Source of the DNA: Pseudomonadota bacterium
GTDB taxonomy: Bacteria; Pseudomonadota; Alphaproteobacteria; Rhodobacterales; Rhodobacteraceae
DNA length: 60,084 bases
Reading direction: 5' to 3'
NCBI GenBank assembly: GCA_039818805.1
Contig: JBCBTE010000001.1
Span: 1-60,084, forward strand
Shown: piece by piece, positions 1 through 8,483 of the stretch
Layout: the number at the start of each line of letters is the position of its first letter
Position numbering within the stretch: position 1 is the stretch's first letter
The notes under the pieces: model-generated
Seen by the model: the letters and a program-made list of their open reading frames with translations, nothing else
Databases searched by the model: none
What the model was told of the DNA's origin: nothing
Program-made: the position numbers and the translations under genes

Positions 1-182
1 GGTGCAAAGCTGACGATGCGACGATGGCGGTCTAGGTTCTGTTCTTTCGCAACGCGACCGAAGCGGATCCAGTATTCGATCCTGCCTTCGACCCAGATCA
101 ATTCGACATGCGTAAGCGCTTGAGTTTTCAGATCATTGCCTGTCCTAGTGACGGATTGGGTGTATAGGCGCTCACTGGTCAT
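1..182 (-). CDS. DUF2840 family ICE protein (5' part, runs off window)
   Basis: Manual translation from ATG at 182: MTSERLYTQSVTRTGNDLKTQALTHVELIWVEGRIEYWIRFGRVAKEQNLDRHRRIVSFA; the LTHVELxWxExRIExWIRFG motif and position after repA fit DUF2840. Confidence 0.8.
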   Translation of the reverse strand, partial: MTSERLYTQSVTRTGNDLKTQALTHVELIWVEGRIEYWIRFGRVAKEQNLDRHRRIVSFA

Positions 183-1299
183 CGCGGGTCTCCGCGATGC
201 TGGAATCGCGCGTCTGTGCGTCTTTGTCCCCAACGCGCGGGGAACTACTACCAAAGTTAGAATCTGTGTTAGATTCTAAGTTAAGAGCCGGATTTTCTGC
301 TTGTGTGTAAGGGTTTGGATCGGTTTTCGGTTCCCGATAGCACGAGGCCGTGGTTCCTGATGGCACGATAGGGCCGGTTCCCGATAGCACGAGGCCGTCC
401 ACAGGTTGTCCACAAGCGACCGGCGCGAAGCCAAGAAGCGTCTGTCCACAGGGGCCGATTTCGATCCACAAACGGTATGCGGGCAGCGGCTGACGGCGCA
501 CGACGTCACGCAGCTCAAAGGCGAACCGATTGAACGGTGAGAGGCTGCCCGATTTCAGATAGAGATGGCGAAATTCGAACCGCCAGCCATGCTGTTGGCG
601 GCCACCGTGCTTGCGCACGACGCGGTAGAGCCATCGGTCATATCCACCCGTGAGGGAAAAATAGGCGTGGTCGATGGTCAGTATGAGTGCGTTGTCCAAG
701 ACCGCATTATAAAACCAGTCAGGCAAGATCAGTTCGATGCCTGCGGGTCGGTCTTGGTGATCGAAGCGTTCGACCCACTCATTGATCCACGAAAAGTGAT
801 GTCGCCGACCTACGGCGGGTTGACGGATCGTGGTTGCAACGGTTGTCGATTGCAAACGGTCCAACGCGGCTTTCAAACGCCGATAGTCTCGCGCGCTGAC
901 ACCGCGCCCGATGAAGGTGAGGATTTCGTATGGGGTCGCTGCCATCAGACGTGACGTCCGTAGACCGGCATCGCGCGCCTCGATCAGTTGGCTCGCCGCC
1001 CAGATCAGGATATCGGCATCCCAGATGGTTGCCATGCCATGTTCGGCCACGGCCTCGACGCGGATCAAAACCCCGGCCACCGCGTAGTCGATGGGCCGGG
1101 TGCGTCGCGATTTAGCGAGGCTGAAAAACGGATAGGCCATCAGGTCCTGGGCGTCGCGTGGCGCAAGGGCGGCCCCATGCGTACGGAACAACTCCAATTG
1201 ATCACGTTCCGAAAGTGTGGGGGTGCGTTTCGTCATGACAAAAACTGCTGGATGCTCAGCGCGACCGACCACTGGTGCGGGCGCGTGCGATTGGTTCAT
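172..1299 (-). CDS. repA: Replication initiator protein A (RPA family, Tn4371-type)
   Basis: Motifs PRDAQDLMAYPFFSLAK, GMATIWDADILIWAASQ, YFSLTGGYDRWLYRVVRKHGG. Confidence 0.9.
   Translation of the reverse strand: MNQSHAPAPVVGRAEHPAVFVMTKRTPTLSERDQLELFRTHGAALAPRDAQDLMAYPFFSLAKSRRTRPIDYAVAGVLIRVEAVAEHGMATIWDADILIWAASQLIEARDAGLRTSRLMAATPYEILTFIGRGVSARDYRRLKAALDRLQSTTVATTIRQPAVGRRHHFSWINEWVERFDHQDRPAGIELILPDWFYNAVLDNALILTIDHAYFSLTGGYDRWLYRVVRKHGGRQQHGWRFEFRHLYLKSGSLSPFNRFAFELRDVVRRQPLPAYRLWIEIGPCGQTLLGFAPVACGQPVDGLVLSGTGPIVPSGTTASCYREPKTDPNPYTQAENPALNLESNTDSNFGSSSPRVGDKDAQTRDSSIAETRDDQ
328..414. repeat. Three iteron-like 23-24 bp direct repeats plus a DnaA-box-like nonamer inside the repA 3' end (candidate oriV)
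   Basis: GGTTCCCGATAGCACGAGGCCGT at 329-351 and 376-398 (identical); variant GGTTCCTGATGGCACGATAGGGCC at 352-375; TTGTCCACA at 406-414; AT-rich tract ~255-285. Confidence 0.75.
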
Positions 1300-1537
1300 G
1301 ATGTTTGGCAGGCAAGACGGATCCGCGCGGGTCGGAGGTCGAAGTCACCGCACCGCGATTGGCCCAGGCTTGCAGGTCTTCGACGGAATAAACGACCCGT
1401 CCGCCGAGCTTGTGGTACGCAGGGCCTGTTCCATAGGTACGGTGTTTCTCAAGCGTGCGGCCGGACAGGCACAGGAAACGTGCGGCTTCAGGTGTGCGCA
1501 GGTAGCGTGGCGGCAAGTCGGTTGGATTTGCGGACAT
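1256..1537 (-). CDS. rdfS: RdfS-like excisionase / HTH_17 recombination directionality factor
   Basis: YLRTPEAARFLCLSGRTLEKHRTYGTGPAYHKLGGRVVY winged-HTH; GGAGG SD; lies downstream of fseA. Confidence 0.8.
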   Translation of the reverse strand: MSANPTDLPPRYLRTPEAARFLCLSGRTLEKHRTYGTGPAYHKLGGRVVYSVEDLQAWANRGAVTSTSDPRGSVLPAKHHEPIARARTSGRSR

Positions 1538-1721
1538 GATCGGACCTCCGTGGGTTGCGTTCAAGGCGCTGACAAACAGCGGCGGATTGCGGCCAGGATG
1601 GCGAAGAAGGCCCGGGAGGGGGGATGGGGAAGATAGGGGGGCTAAAATCGCGCCCCTCAAACGACGTGCTTCAATCGGTATTTTGCGGAGGGACGATCAG
1701 CAGCGAGAGATGGGCGTCAGA

Positions 1722-2493
1722 TCACCGGCGACGACGGCGTCGCAAAAGGCTGCGATAGCCGCCGTCAATCATGTCACGACCATCTCGGACGAGACTGATC
1801 GTGCTGTCTCTGAGGGATGAGGTTTTCCAAGCTTCTGCGGCAATTCGCGATCGACCATAGAGGGCTTTGGCGATCTCTTGGTAACTTGCCCCGTTAATGT
1901 GGCCGTCAATGGCCTGCAACATCCGGCGCAGACGATGCCGACGCTGGGCGGTCAATCTGGAATTCGGTGCCGATGGATGATCATTCAGAACGCGCCAAAG
2001 CCGCAGAACCGCTTCGATGCGATCCAGACCGGTGTCATCCAGGGGGACAACGGCGACGAGAGGCGTGTCGGGGCCTGCGTCTTCGATGAGTAAGATACGA
2101 AGCGATCCAAGATCATCTTTCAGCTTGAGGCTGATGCCATCTGGAGTGTGCAGCGTCGTGCCCGGCTCTATCGTCGGAAAATCGACAGGCCTCAGATTTG
2201 GCAATGGAGATCGTCCCGAAAGTATGACCATACCGGGATCGATTTCCGGCTGCCAATAGACAACGGCTTCGAGAGCCGACTGCTGTGGATCGATCGGGAA
2301 ATCGCAACCCCCACGACCGACGCATCATGTGCATCAGATCACGGGGGTCCTCTTTCCTCTCAATGGCGCGGGCATAGGCGTGTTGGTAGTCGGTGTTTCG
2401 ACGCAACCATTCCCAGGCGAGGTCCGGCGCGGTCAGGGATTCGACATAGTCGTAGTCCGATGCCGAGCGCCAACGTGATGGTCGACGGGGCAT
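1722..2493 (-). CDS. fseA: FseA-like ICE master activator (DUF6499 + DUF2285) produced by a +1 programmed ribosomal frameshift near 2299
   Basis: ORF1 has AWEWLRRNxDY; slippery site TGG GGG TTG CGA TTT CCC; the +1 frame reads open (PIDPQQSALEAVVYWQPEIDPGMVIL...) into the DUF2285 ORF 1722-2231; fused product ~256 aa. Confidence 0.85.
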
Positions 2494-2606
2494 TGCAAAC
2501 CTCCGGACGTGCACATTGGTTTAAGTCTCAGATTTTCAATCAGAAGGCGAAGCGATTCAAGGCTAGAGTGCCGATTAGGACCGATCAATGGCAATATCCC
2601 GCCGGG

Positions 2607-2870
2607 TTAAGGCGTTGTACCGCTCAACAACTGTCGATAGCCATGCTCCGTTATCCACCGGGCACGGGCCAGATGGCTGTCATGGATAAGACGCGCACGT
2701 TCGGGATCGTTGGAGGGATCGAAGGCAAAGAGGACTGAGACGACCTCCTGCCAATCGGCCTTGTCGGCATGGGCATCGAGCAGGCGCATGTAGAGTTTAG
2801 CGTGCGCCCGGTCGTAGTCGGTCAGAACCGCGCAGTCGGGCGGTGCGTCAAGGAAGTCTGTATTCGTCAA
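2607..2870 (-). CDS. qseM: QseM-like antiactivator (stand-alone DUF2285 protein)
   Basis: LTDYDRAHAKLYMRLLDA...WQEV...DP...ERAR..HDSHLARARW..EHGY; adjacent to fseA. Confidence 0.8.
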   Translation of the reverse strand: MTNTDFLDAPPDCAVLTDYDRAHAKLYMRLLDAHADKADWQEVVSVLFAFDPSNDPERARLIHDSHLARARWITEHGYRQLLSGTTP

Positions 2871-2992
2871 GGTGCCCCCCTGTCTGTCACGTTACTGCCA
2901 ATTCAGTTATCTGTTAACCATTTCCACCCTTCATGCGCCGTATACTGCGAGCCATTGGCCTGTACACCAGCAAGGAGTTACGCGAGCGACGC

Positions 2993-3247
2993 CTAACCGG
3001 ACGCATTGCCATTTTTAGCCGGCGCGTTGATCAAGACGCCTTCGCCGCGCTCGGACTTGAGAAACACGATGCCAGCATCTTCAAGCGCACGGCGCACCTG
3101 GTCATAGGTCGTCTCAAAAACCTTCAAGTCCTTTGGAGACTCGAGGCGCTTCAAGGCGGTCAATGAGACCAGGGCCCGTTCAGCGAGCGTTTCCTGCGTC
3201 CAACCGAGCAACGCGCGCGCGGCCCGTGTTTGTCGGGCGGTGATCAT
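2993..3247 (-). CDS. XRE-family HTH regulator (QseC/C-protein-like position)
   Basis: MITARQTRAARALLGWTQETLAERALVSLTALKRLE; upstream palindromes. Confidence 0.85.
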   Translation of the reverse strand: MITARQTRAARALLGWTQETLAERALVSLTALKRLESPKDLKVFETTYDQVRRALEDAGIVFLKSERGEGVLINAPAKNGNASG

Positions 3248-3288
3248 GCATGATCACCTCCACGGACACATCTGCGCACGCCAGAACT

Positions 3289-3314
3289 ACGACTATTATA
3301 GTCGTTATATCGAC
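3289..3314. promoter_or_regulatory. Candidate operator of the XRE regulator
   Basis: ACGACTAT-T-ATAGTCGT inverted repeat (3289-3305) overlapping GTCG-TTATAT-CGAC (3301-3314), ~45 bp upstream of the start. Confidence 0.5.
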
Positions 3315-3437
3315 GTGTGGCGAGGTATTATCTGTTTCAGGGCAGGAGTTTGGCGGAAATCGCGCAATCCGATTCGGCTGGCTCGGGATGAGTGTGCCCC
3401 CGCCCGGTGCGTCCAGGCGGGGTGGTGCGTGAGCGGC

Positions 3438-3761
3438 TCAGTCGCCGTTGCGACGGACCGGGCGGGACCAGATGAGGCTGTAGGCGTCGCCGTCTTCCTC
3501 GTCGAAGAGGTTGGCGTAGATCGGAGCGGTGAAGCTCGGATCGTCCAGCTTGAGGCCCAGATAGGCGCGGCCTTCGTTCGAGGTCTTGGACCAGCCAGCT
3601 CCAATTTCGGCGCGGCCCACCAGGACGCGGTGGCTGGGGGCATTCTCGCTGGTCTGGCTGGTTTCGGGAACGATGCGGACGTTTTTGGCCTGCACGTTGA
3701 GGGTGACGATTTCGCCGGTGTATTCGGTGCCGGACTTCTTGAAGGTGCCGATGGTTGCCAT
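3438..3761 (-). CDS. DUF736 family protein (putative OB-fold ssDNA-binding)
   Basis: MATIGTF...YTGEIVTL...APSHRV...EIGAGW...YLGLKLDDPSFTAPIYANL...LIWSR. Confidence 0.9.
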   Translation of the reverse strand: MATIGTFKKSGTEYTGEIVTLNVQAKNVRIVPETSQTSENAPSHRVLVGRAEIGAGWSKTSNEGRAYLGLKLDDPSFTAPIYANLFDEEDGDAYSLIWSRPVRRNGD

Positions 3762-4346
3762 TTTGGTTCTCCTTGATCAGATGTTTTCGAGCCCGCACCA
3801 TTGCGGCCTCGATGGAGATCGACAGGCCGGAGGCGACCGACGGCTCACCCGGCACGGGCCGGAACATCAGTGGAGGACGGGGACGGGAGACTTTCTTGTC
3901 GCGCGAGGAATGGCGGCGCAGCCGACTGGGGAAGAAAGTCGACCAACCCCGTTGAGCCTTAGGCGGTCGAGGCGCAGCCGTCCTTCGGCCAGATCAATCC
4001 ATTGACGGGGCCATATGGAGCGGTCGACCAAGACAGAGATGATAAAGGGAGAACTTGGCACCCGAAGGCCACCCACGCCATTCGGCACTACCGAATTTCC
4101 GAAAATCGTCACGCTTATCTGGCCAAATGCCTCGCAACTTCATTGGTCGAAACAGCCTTCGCGAAACCGCTGCTGCCGCAGATTGTGGCGCGCCGCGCTG
4201 ACCGGAGCGGCTTCGACGACAATCGACTTGGCCAAGCTGGATGATGGCTCAAGTTGCAAATGCACTTGCTCACGGTGCGGTCGCCTATCGAAAACGCCGA
4301 GGGTTCAGCGACAACCCTGATCCTTTTTCCGGCCAAACCCCCGTGA

Positions 4347-4787
4347 CTAAGCTTCGCTGGCCATTTCCGTGCGTGGATCGGATGGGCCTACGCCTGCCAT
4401 CCGAAACAATGCGGTGAAGCCGACTGCCACAGCTCCGATGATTGCGACGGCCATCTGCCACGTCTCGGAGGGGATCGCGAGCCCGGCGATGCCGAGGGTA
4501 GCCGCATATCCTGCAACGGCAGCGGGACCGGCAAACAAGCCGGCAACGATGACGCGGGCCCAGATCGGGCGCGCAAAAGCGAACGCAAGCTGGCCGACAA
4601 TCGCCACAGCACCAGCGGTGGCTGCGCCCACAATAAGCCCTCCAACTGCTCCCGTTCCCGCCGCATAGCCCCACAGTCCGACCGTCACGCCAGCCAACAG
4701 TGGCAACGCATAGACTGCGAGCGTGAAGACAAGCCAACAGAGAAACCCAATGACGGCGAGCAAAAGAACGATATTGAGCACAAACAT
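4347..4787 (-). CDS. Multi-pass membrane protein of the ICE backbone
   Basis: Four to five hydrophobic Gly/Ala-rich segments; GGAGG SD before ATG 4787. Confidence 0.75.
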   Translation of the reverse strand: MFVLNIVLLLAVIGFLCWLVFTLAVYALPLLAGVTVGLWGYAAGTGAVGGLIVGAATAGAVAIVGQLAFAFARPIWARVIVAGLFAGPAAVAGYAATLGIAGLAIPSETWQMAVAIIGAVAVGFTALFRMAGVGPSDPRTEMASEA

Positions 4788-5063
4788 GGTGAATGCCTCC
4801 GTGTTAAACGGTTTAACGACAACGCAATCCACCACCACCCCAGCGCAGCAAAATGGTAGTTCAGAAAGCGGGTTTTTGATAGACATGAGCATTGTGATCG
4901 GGAGCGATCGGCGAGAATTTGCAACCGATCATCCGCCGTCGGGCTGGGGTTTCAATGTGACCAGCGTGGCGCGAACTCGGATGGCGACACCTGATCAGTG
5001 TCACAGATAGTGTCTGGAGCGTATTGGCATCTGGATGTTCAATATTGCTGGTAAATGCAACGC

Positions 5064-6005
5064 TTACGCGCTGCACCCCTTGCGGAAATCAAAGGCTTTG
5101 ATGCCGAGCTTGCGGGCCTTGTCGGCGAAGTTGTCCTGGATGCCTGTACCGGGGAAGATGATGATGCCGATAGGCAGGACATCAAGGATCTGATCGTTAC
5201 GCTTGAAGGGAGCGGCCTTGGCGTGGCGTGTCCAATCGGGTTTGAAGGCCACTTGCACGACTTTGCGGGTTTCGGCCCATTTGGCGGCGATCAGTTCGGC
5301 ACCGCGGGGCGATCCGCCGTGCAGCAGCACCATGTCGGCGTGTTTGGCGTGAACCTTGTCGAGCGTGTCCCAGATCAACCGATGATCGTTGAAATCCATG
5401 CCGCCGGTGAAGGCGATTTTGGTTCCCGTTGGCAGATAGACCTCGGTATCGGCGAGGGATTTTGCGGCGATATAGTCTCGGCTGTCGATCATCGCCGCAG
5501 TAAGATTGCGATGGTTGACCCGTGACCCGGAGCGGGTCGACCAGGGTGAGCCCGTCAGGCGCAGATAGTGATCGGCGGCATGGTCACGAAAGATCTCCAT
5601 GCAGTCGCGGCGGTCGAGCAGTGACTGGCCGGTTGCGATCAGATGTTCGAGCTGGACGGCTTTGACCTCAGAGCCGTCCTGTTCGCGCTGGCGGTGTTTC
5701 TGCGCCTGTTCATTATTATCGAGTTTGCGTTCGATCCGGTCAGTGGCGCGGTGGAACATGTTGACCGTCGACCAGAGAATCTCGTCGAGATCGGCATCGA
5801 GGCTGGTGTCGGCCATGGTCGCGGCGAGGGCGTCGAAGATGTCGCTGACGGCGCCAGCAATCAGGCGATCTTCGGGCACGCCGCGGGGGTCGGGGTCATT
5901 TTCGGAATGGCGGTAGCCAAAGAGTTCCAGATCGCTGCAGATGGCGTGGGTGGCGGATGCGTGGTGGTGTGGCTCGGCATCGCTTTGGTGAGGATCAGCA
6001 TGCAT
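5064..6005 (-). CDS. DUF2493 (YspA-related SLOG) domain protein
   Basis: C-terminal IAFTGG.DFNDH..IW..LD...LLHGGSPRGAELIA...AAPFKRND...FPGTGI; GGAG SD. Confidence 0.85.
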   Translation of the reverse strand: MHADPHQSDAEPHHHASATHAICSDLELFGYRHSENDPDPRGVPEDRLIAGAVSDIFDALAATMADTSLDADLDEILWSTVNMFHRATDRIERKLDNNEQAQKHRQREQDGSEVKAVQLEHLIATGQSLLDRRDCMEIFRDHAADHYLRLTGSPWSTRSGSRVNHRNLTAAMIDSRDYIAAKSLADTEVYLPTGTKIAFTGGMDFNDHRLIWDTLDKVHAKHADMVLLHGGSPRGAELIAAKWAETRKVVQVAFKPDWTRHAKAAPFKRNDQILDVLPIGIIIFPGTGIQDNFADKARKLGIKAFDFRKGCSA

Positions 6006-6294
6006 GGTGTGCTCCTTCGTCGGTTTGACCGCGATCGCCGCGGCCTTCATGGCGCCGAAAGAGGGCAGGCGGGGCGGTCCTGCACCCGGAAGGGCCGCAG
6101 CGCAGCGAAGGAGGGCAGCGGCCGGTTCTTTTGTCTCGCGATGCAAAGCGCCCGCTCGGGCGCGGTGGAAAAGAACCGGGCAAAGGCCTTGCGGGTCCGG
6201 CCCGTTTGCCGTCCGGTCGCCCTCCCAAGAAGGCCGGGGTCGCGCGTCTCTCCGACCCCGGGACACCTCTCTTGATGGTCCCAGACAGAGGGCA

Positions 6295-7377
6295 CTAGCT
6301 GGATGCAGCGTCGTGCGCGGTCAAAGCTGCAGCATCCATGAAGCGGGCGACGTCTTCCGGCGCGATCTGGACCCGAAGCGTGTCCCGTAGGGCGTCAACG
6401 TCAAGCATGCGGAGATCATCGTTGAAATCACCCAAGTGCGGCAACAGAGTGATTGCCTCGATGCCTGCATCTTCGGCGCGTTGAGTAAGACGGGCCGATG
6501 CGCCGTCACCGGCTGGATCGTTGTCATGGGCGACATAGAGGCGTCTAAGAGATGGAGGGAACCGGATGACGGCAAGATGGGCAGCGGATAGCGCGGCGGC
6601 CATCGGCAGATTGGGGAGGATCATTCTGAGTGACAGCATGGTCTCGATGCCTTCACCTGCCGCCATCATATCGCGTGCGCTGCCAAAACGGACAGCGTGG
6701 CCAAGCAGGTTGCCCATCGCACGGCGGGGCGTGTTGATCGGGGCCTTGCCCAAGTTCGTTTCCGAGAAGCCGTTTGGATCAAGCCAAGTGCGATGCGCGC
6801 CTGTGATCGCGCCATCGAGATCGGTCACCGATGCAATGAGTGCGGGCCAGTTTTCGGTCTCGGAATGCCGATCTGGTCGGTAGTAGCAGCGCGGATGAAA
6901 TCGCAGGCTCGCTGTTTTGGAAAATGCCGCCAGCCCACGATTGCGCAGGTATGCTTCGGCCAGCGTCCCTGTAATCGCTTGCGACATAGCAAATAGCCGT
7001 CTGGCCGCTTTCGGCGATCCGGTCCTTGCGGGGTCAGATTGGGAGGCCATGTCGCTTGGGCGTTCTGGACGCGATAGGCTGAGAAATCGCCGCGCCTCCT
7101 GTGCGACTTCGCCAAAGTCGAAGATTCCACAGCTCTCGCGGATGATGTCGAGTAGATCACCATGCTCTCCGGTGGCCGCGTCGGTCCATTTTCCGGCAGC
7201 GCCTTTGCCCGAGACCGGACCCTTCAAGCGGACAAAAAGAGACCGTCCGGGCGTGTTCCGCGCATCGCCGACCATCCAGTAATGCCCTTCGCGGTGCCCA
7301 TTCGACAGATAGTGCCGACAGACGGGTTCAACATTGCAGGCGAGCGCTTCGGTTAATTCGGCAATGGATCGGGACAT
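6295..7377 (-). CDS. Toprim-domain primase-like protein
   Basis: GKWTDAATGEHGDLLD, AYLRNRG, GAHRTWL, AGEGIETMLS, AHDNDPAG, DFNDDL. Confidence 0.85.
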   Translation of the reverse strand: MSRSIAELTEALACNVEPVCRHYLSNGHREGHYWMVGDARNTPGRSLFVRLKGPVSGKGAAGKWTDAATGEHGDLLDIIRESCGIFDFGEVAQEARRFLSLSRPERPSDMASQSDPARTGSPKAARRLFAMSQAITGTLAEAYLRNRGLAAFSKTASLRFHPRCYYRPDRHSETENWPALIASVTDLDGAITGAHRTWLDPNGFSETNLGKAPINTPRRAMGNLLGHAVRFGSARDMMAAGEGIETMLSLRMILPNLPMAAALSAAHLAVIRFPPSLRRLYVAHDNDPAGDGASARLTQRAEDAGIEAITLLPHLGDFNDDLRMLDVDALRDTLRVQIAPEDVARFMDAAALTAHDAASS

Positions 7378-7438
7378 GACGATACCTCCAATGAAAAAAG
7401 GCCCCGCCTCGCGGCGGAACCAGTGGGGAGTGAAGTCG

Positions 7439-7918
7439 TCATTCTGCAGCGGTGCACTGCTTGTCCTGCCTCGTGCCGTCAGGATCACCCGAACTATCAT
7501 GCCGGTCCATGGCCGTTTTACCGTCGTTTGTGCGCTCGGCTACGATGGGGATTGTCACCGGCACGTCAGGAACAGGTTCGATGCTCCGGTGGATTGGTTG
7601 TGCGCGGCCCATCCAGGGTTCCGGGCGGATGCAACTCACCCAATCCGCGAAGCTTGGGATGAAACCCAGATCCTCGATGACGTGCTGCTCGCCGATCAGC
7701 CGGACCGGAACCTTGCGTCCCGTCGAGACAGTGATCGTCGTGCCGAAGAAGCGCTCGGCCATGAAGATACCCTCGGCGTGATGCCTGAGAGCGCGGTGCC
7801 GAAAGTCCGCTGTGATGGCCTTGCTCTCATCGAACCATGAATGGAGCGCCAAGTAGTCATCTGCCACGCCGCCAAAGCGCCGCGCAGAGGAGAGGGCGTG
7901 ATGCCAAGGATGTGCCAT
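7439..7918 (-). CDS. DUF6915-like His-rich (HD-like) protein
   Basis: MAHPWHHALSSARRFGG, LHSWFDESK, DFRHRALRHHAEGIF, IGEQHVIEDLG. Confidence 0.75.
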   Translation of the reverse strand: MAHPWHHALSSARRFGGVADDYLALHSWFDESKAITADFRHRALRHHAEGIFMAERFFGTTITVSTGRKVPVRLIGEQHVIEDLGFIPSFADWVSCIRPEPWMGRAQPIHRSIEPVPDVPVTIPIVAERTNDGKTAMDRHDSSGDPDGTRQDKQCTAAE

Positions 7919-7930
7919 ATCAGAATCCCC

Positions 7931-8407
7931 TCAGAACGCATGTTCGAAGGACTCGATGTCCTCGAACCGCTGGTTGTAGTCGAGCGTGATCGACTGGTCT
8001 GTCACGTCAAACAGGAAGGTGCCGAACGCGCCTTCGTTGTTCTCCCAGCCGCCATGGGCTTGGGCAAGGCAGTCATAGGCAAGGTGCTCAATGGCATCGC
8101 GGAAGGACATCGTACGCTCCGTGAGATCGGCGTCCCGCCAACCGACGATGCTGAGGGTCACACTGGCTTCCGGCAAGGGCGCGGCGGTCTCGACAATCTT
8201 CGCGTCGATACTCTCGATCTGGCCGCTATCGCCATAGCCATCAAAGGTCACATCAATGTGGGTGATTCCAGCGTCGGACAGCACGGTGAACAGGGCAGCC
8301 TTGTTGGCCGGTCTGATAGCCGCTTGCGCCGCTTCATGTGCCCGATGTTCGGCTTCCCAGATGGCGAAGTTGAAAGACGGGGTCGGAGTGGTGTTCATAT
8401 CGGTCAT
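7931..8407 (-). CDS. DUF6878-like acidic protein
   Basis: NKAALF..L...GI..I.V.FDGYGDSGQIE...HGGWENNEGAFG; GGAG SD. Confidence 0.75.
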   Translation of the reverse strand: MTDMNTTPTPSFNFAIWEAEHRAHEAAQAAIRPANKAALFTVLSDAGITHIDVTFDGYGDSGQIESIDAKIVETAAPLPEASVTLSIVGWRDADLTERTMSFRDAIEHLAYDCLAQAHGGWENNEGAFGTFLFDVTDQSITLDYNQRFEDIESFEHAF

Positions 8408-8483
8408 GGGTTTGCTCCTGTGATGCAAGTGGAAGGACCCGACGCGCGGGCCGGGTCCCAGAGGGTTTGCAGGGAAGGTCGAG

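Noticed and set aside
328-398. Repeats as a mini-CRISPR array
   Set aside because: Units abut with no unique spacers, lie inside repA, and there are no cas genes
2113-2295. fseA as a frameshifted pseudogene, or the frame-0 tail as a real domain
   Set aside because: The junction matches the conserved programmed-frameshift motif
4000-4340. Short ORFs or sRNA between DUF736 and the membrane protein gene
   Set aside because: No convincing SD, motif or terminator-bounded structure
4803-4817. GTTAAAC-G-GTTTAAC palindrome upstream of the 4787 start
   Set aside because: Single short palindrome; cannot be told from chance without conservation data
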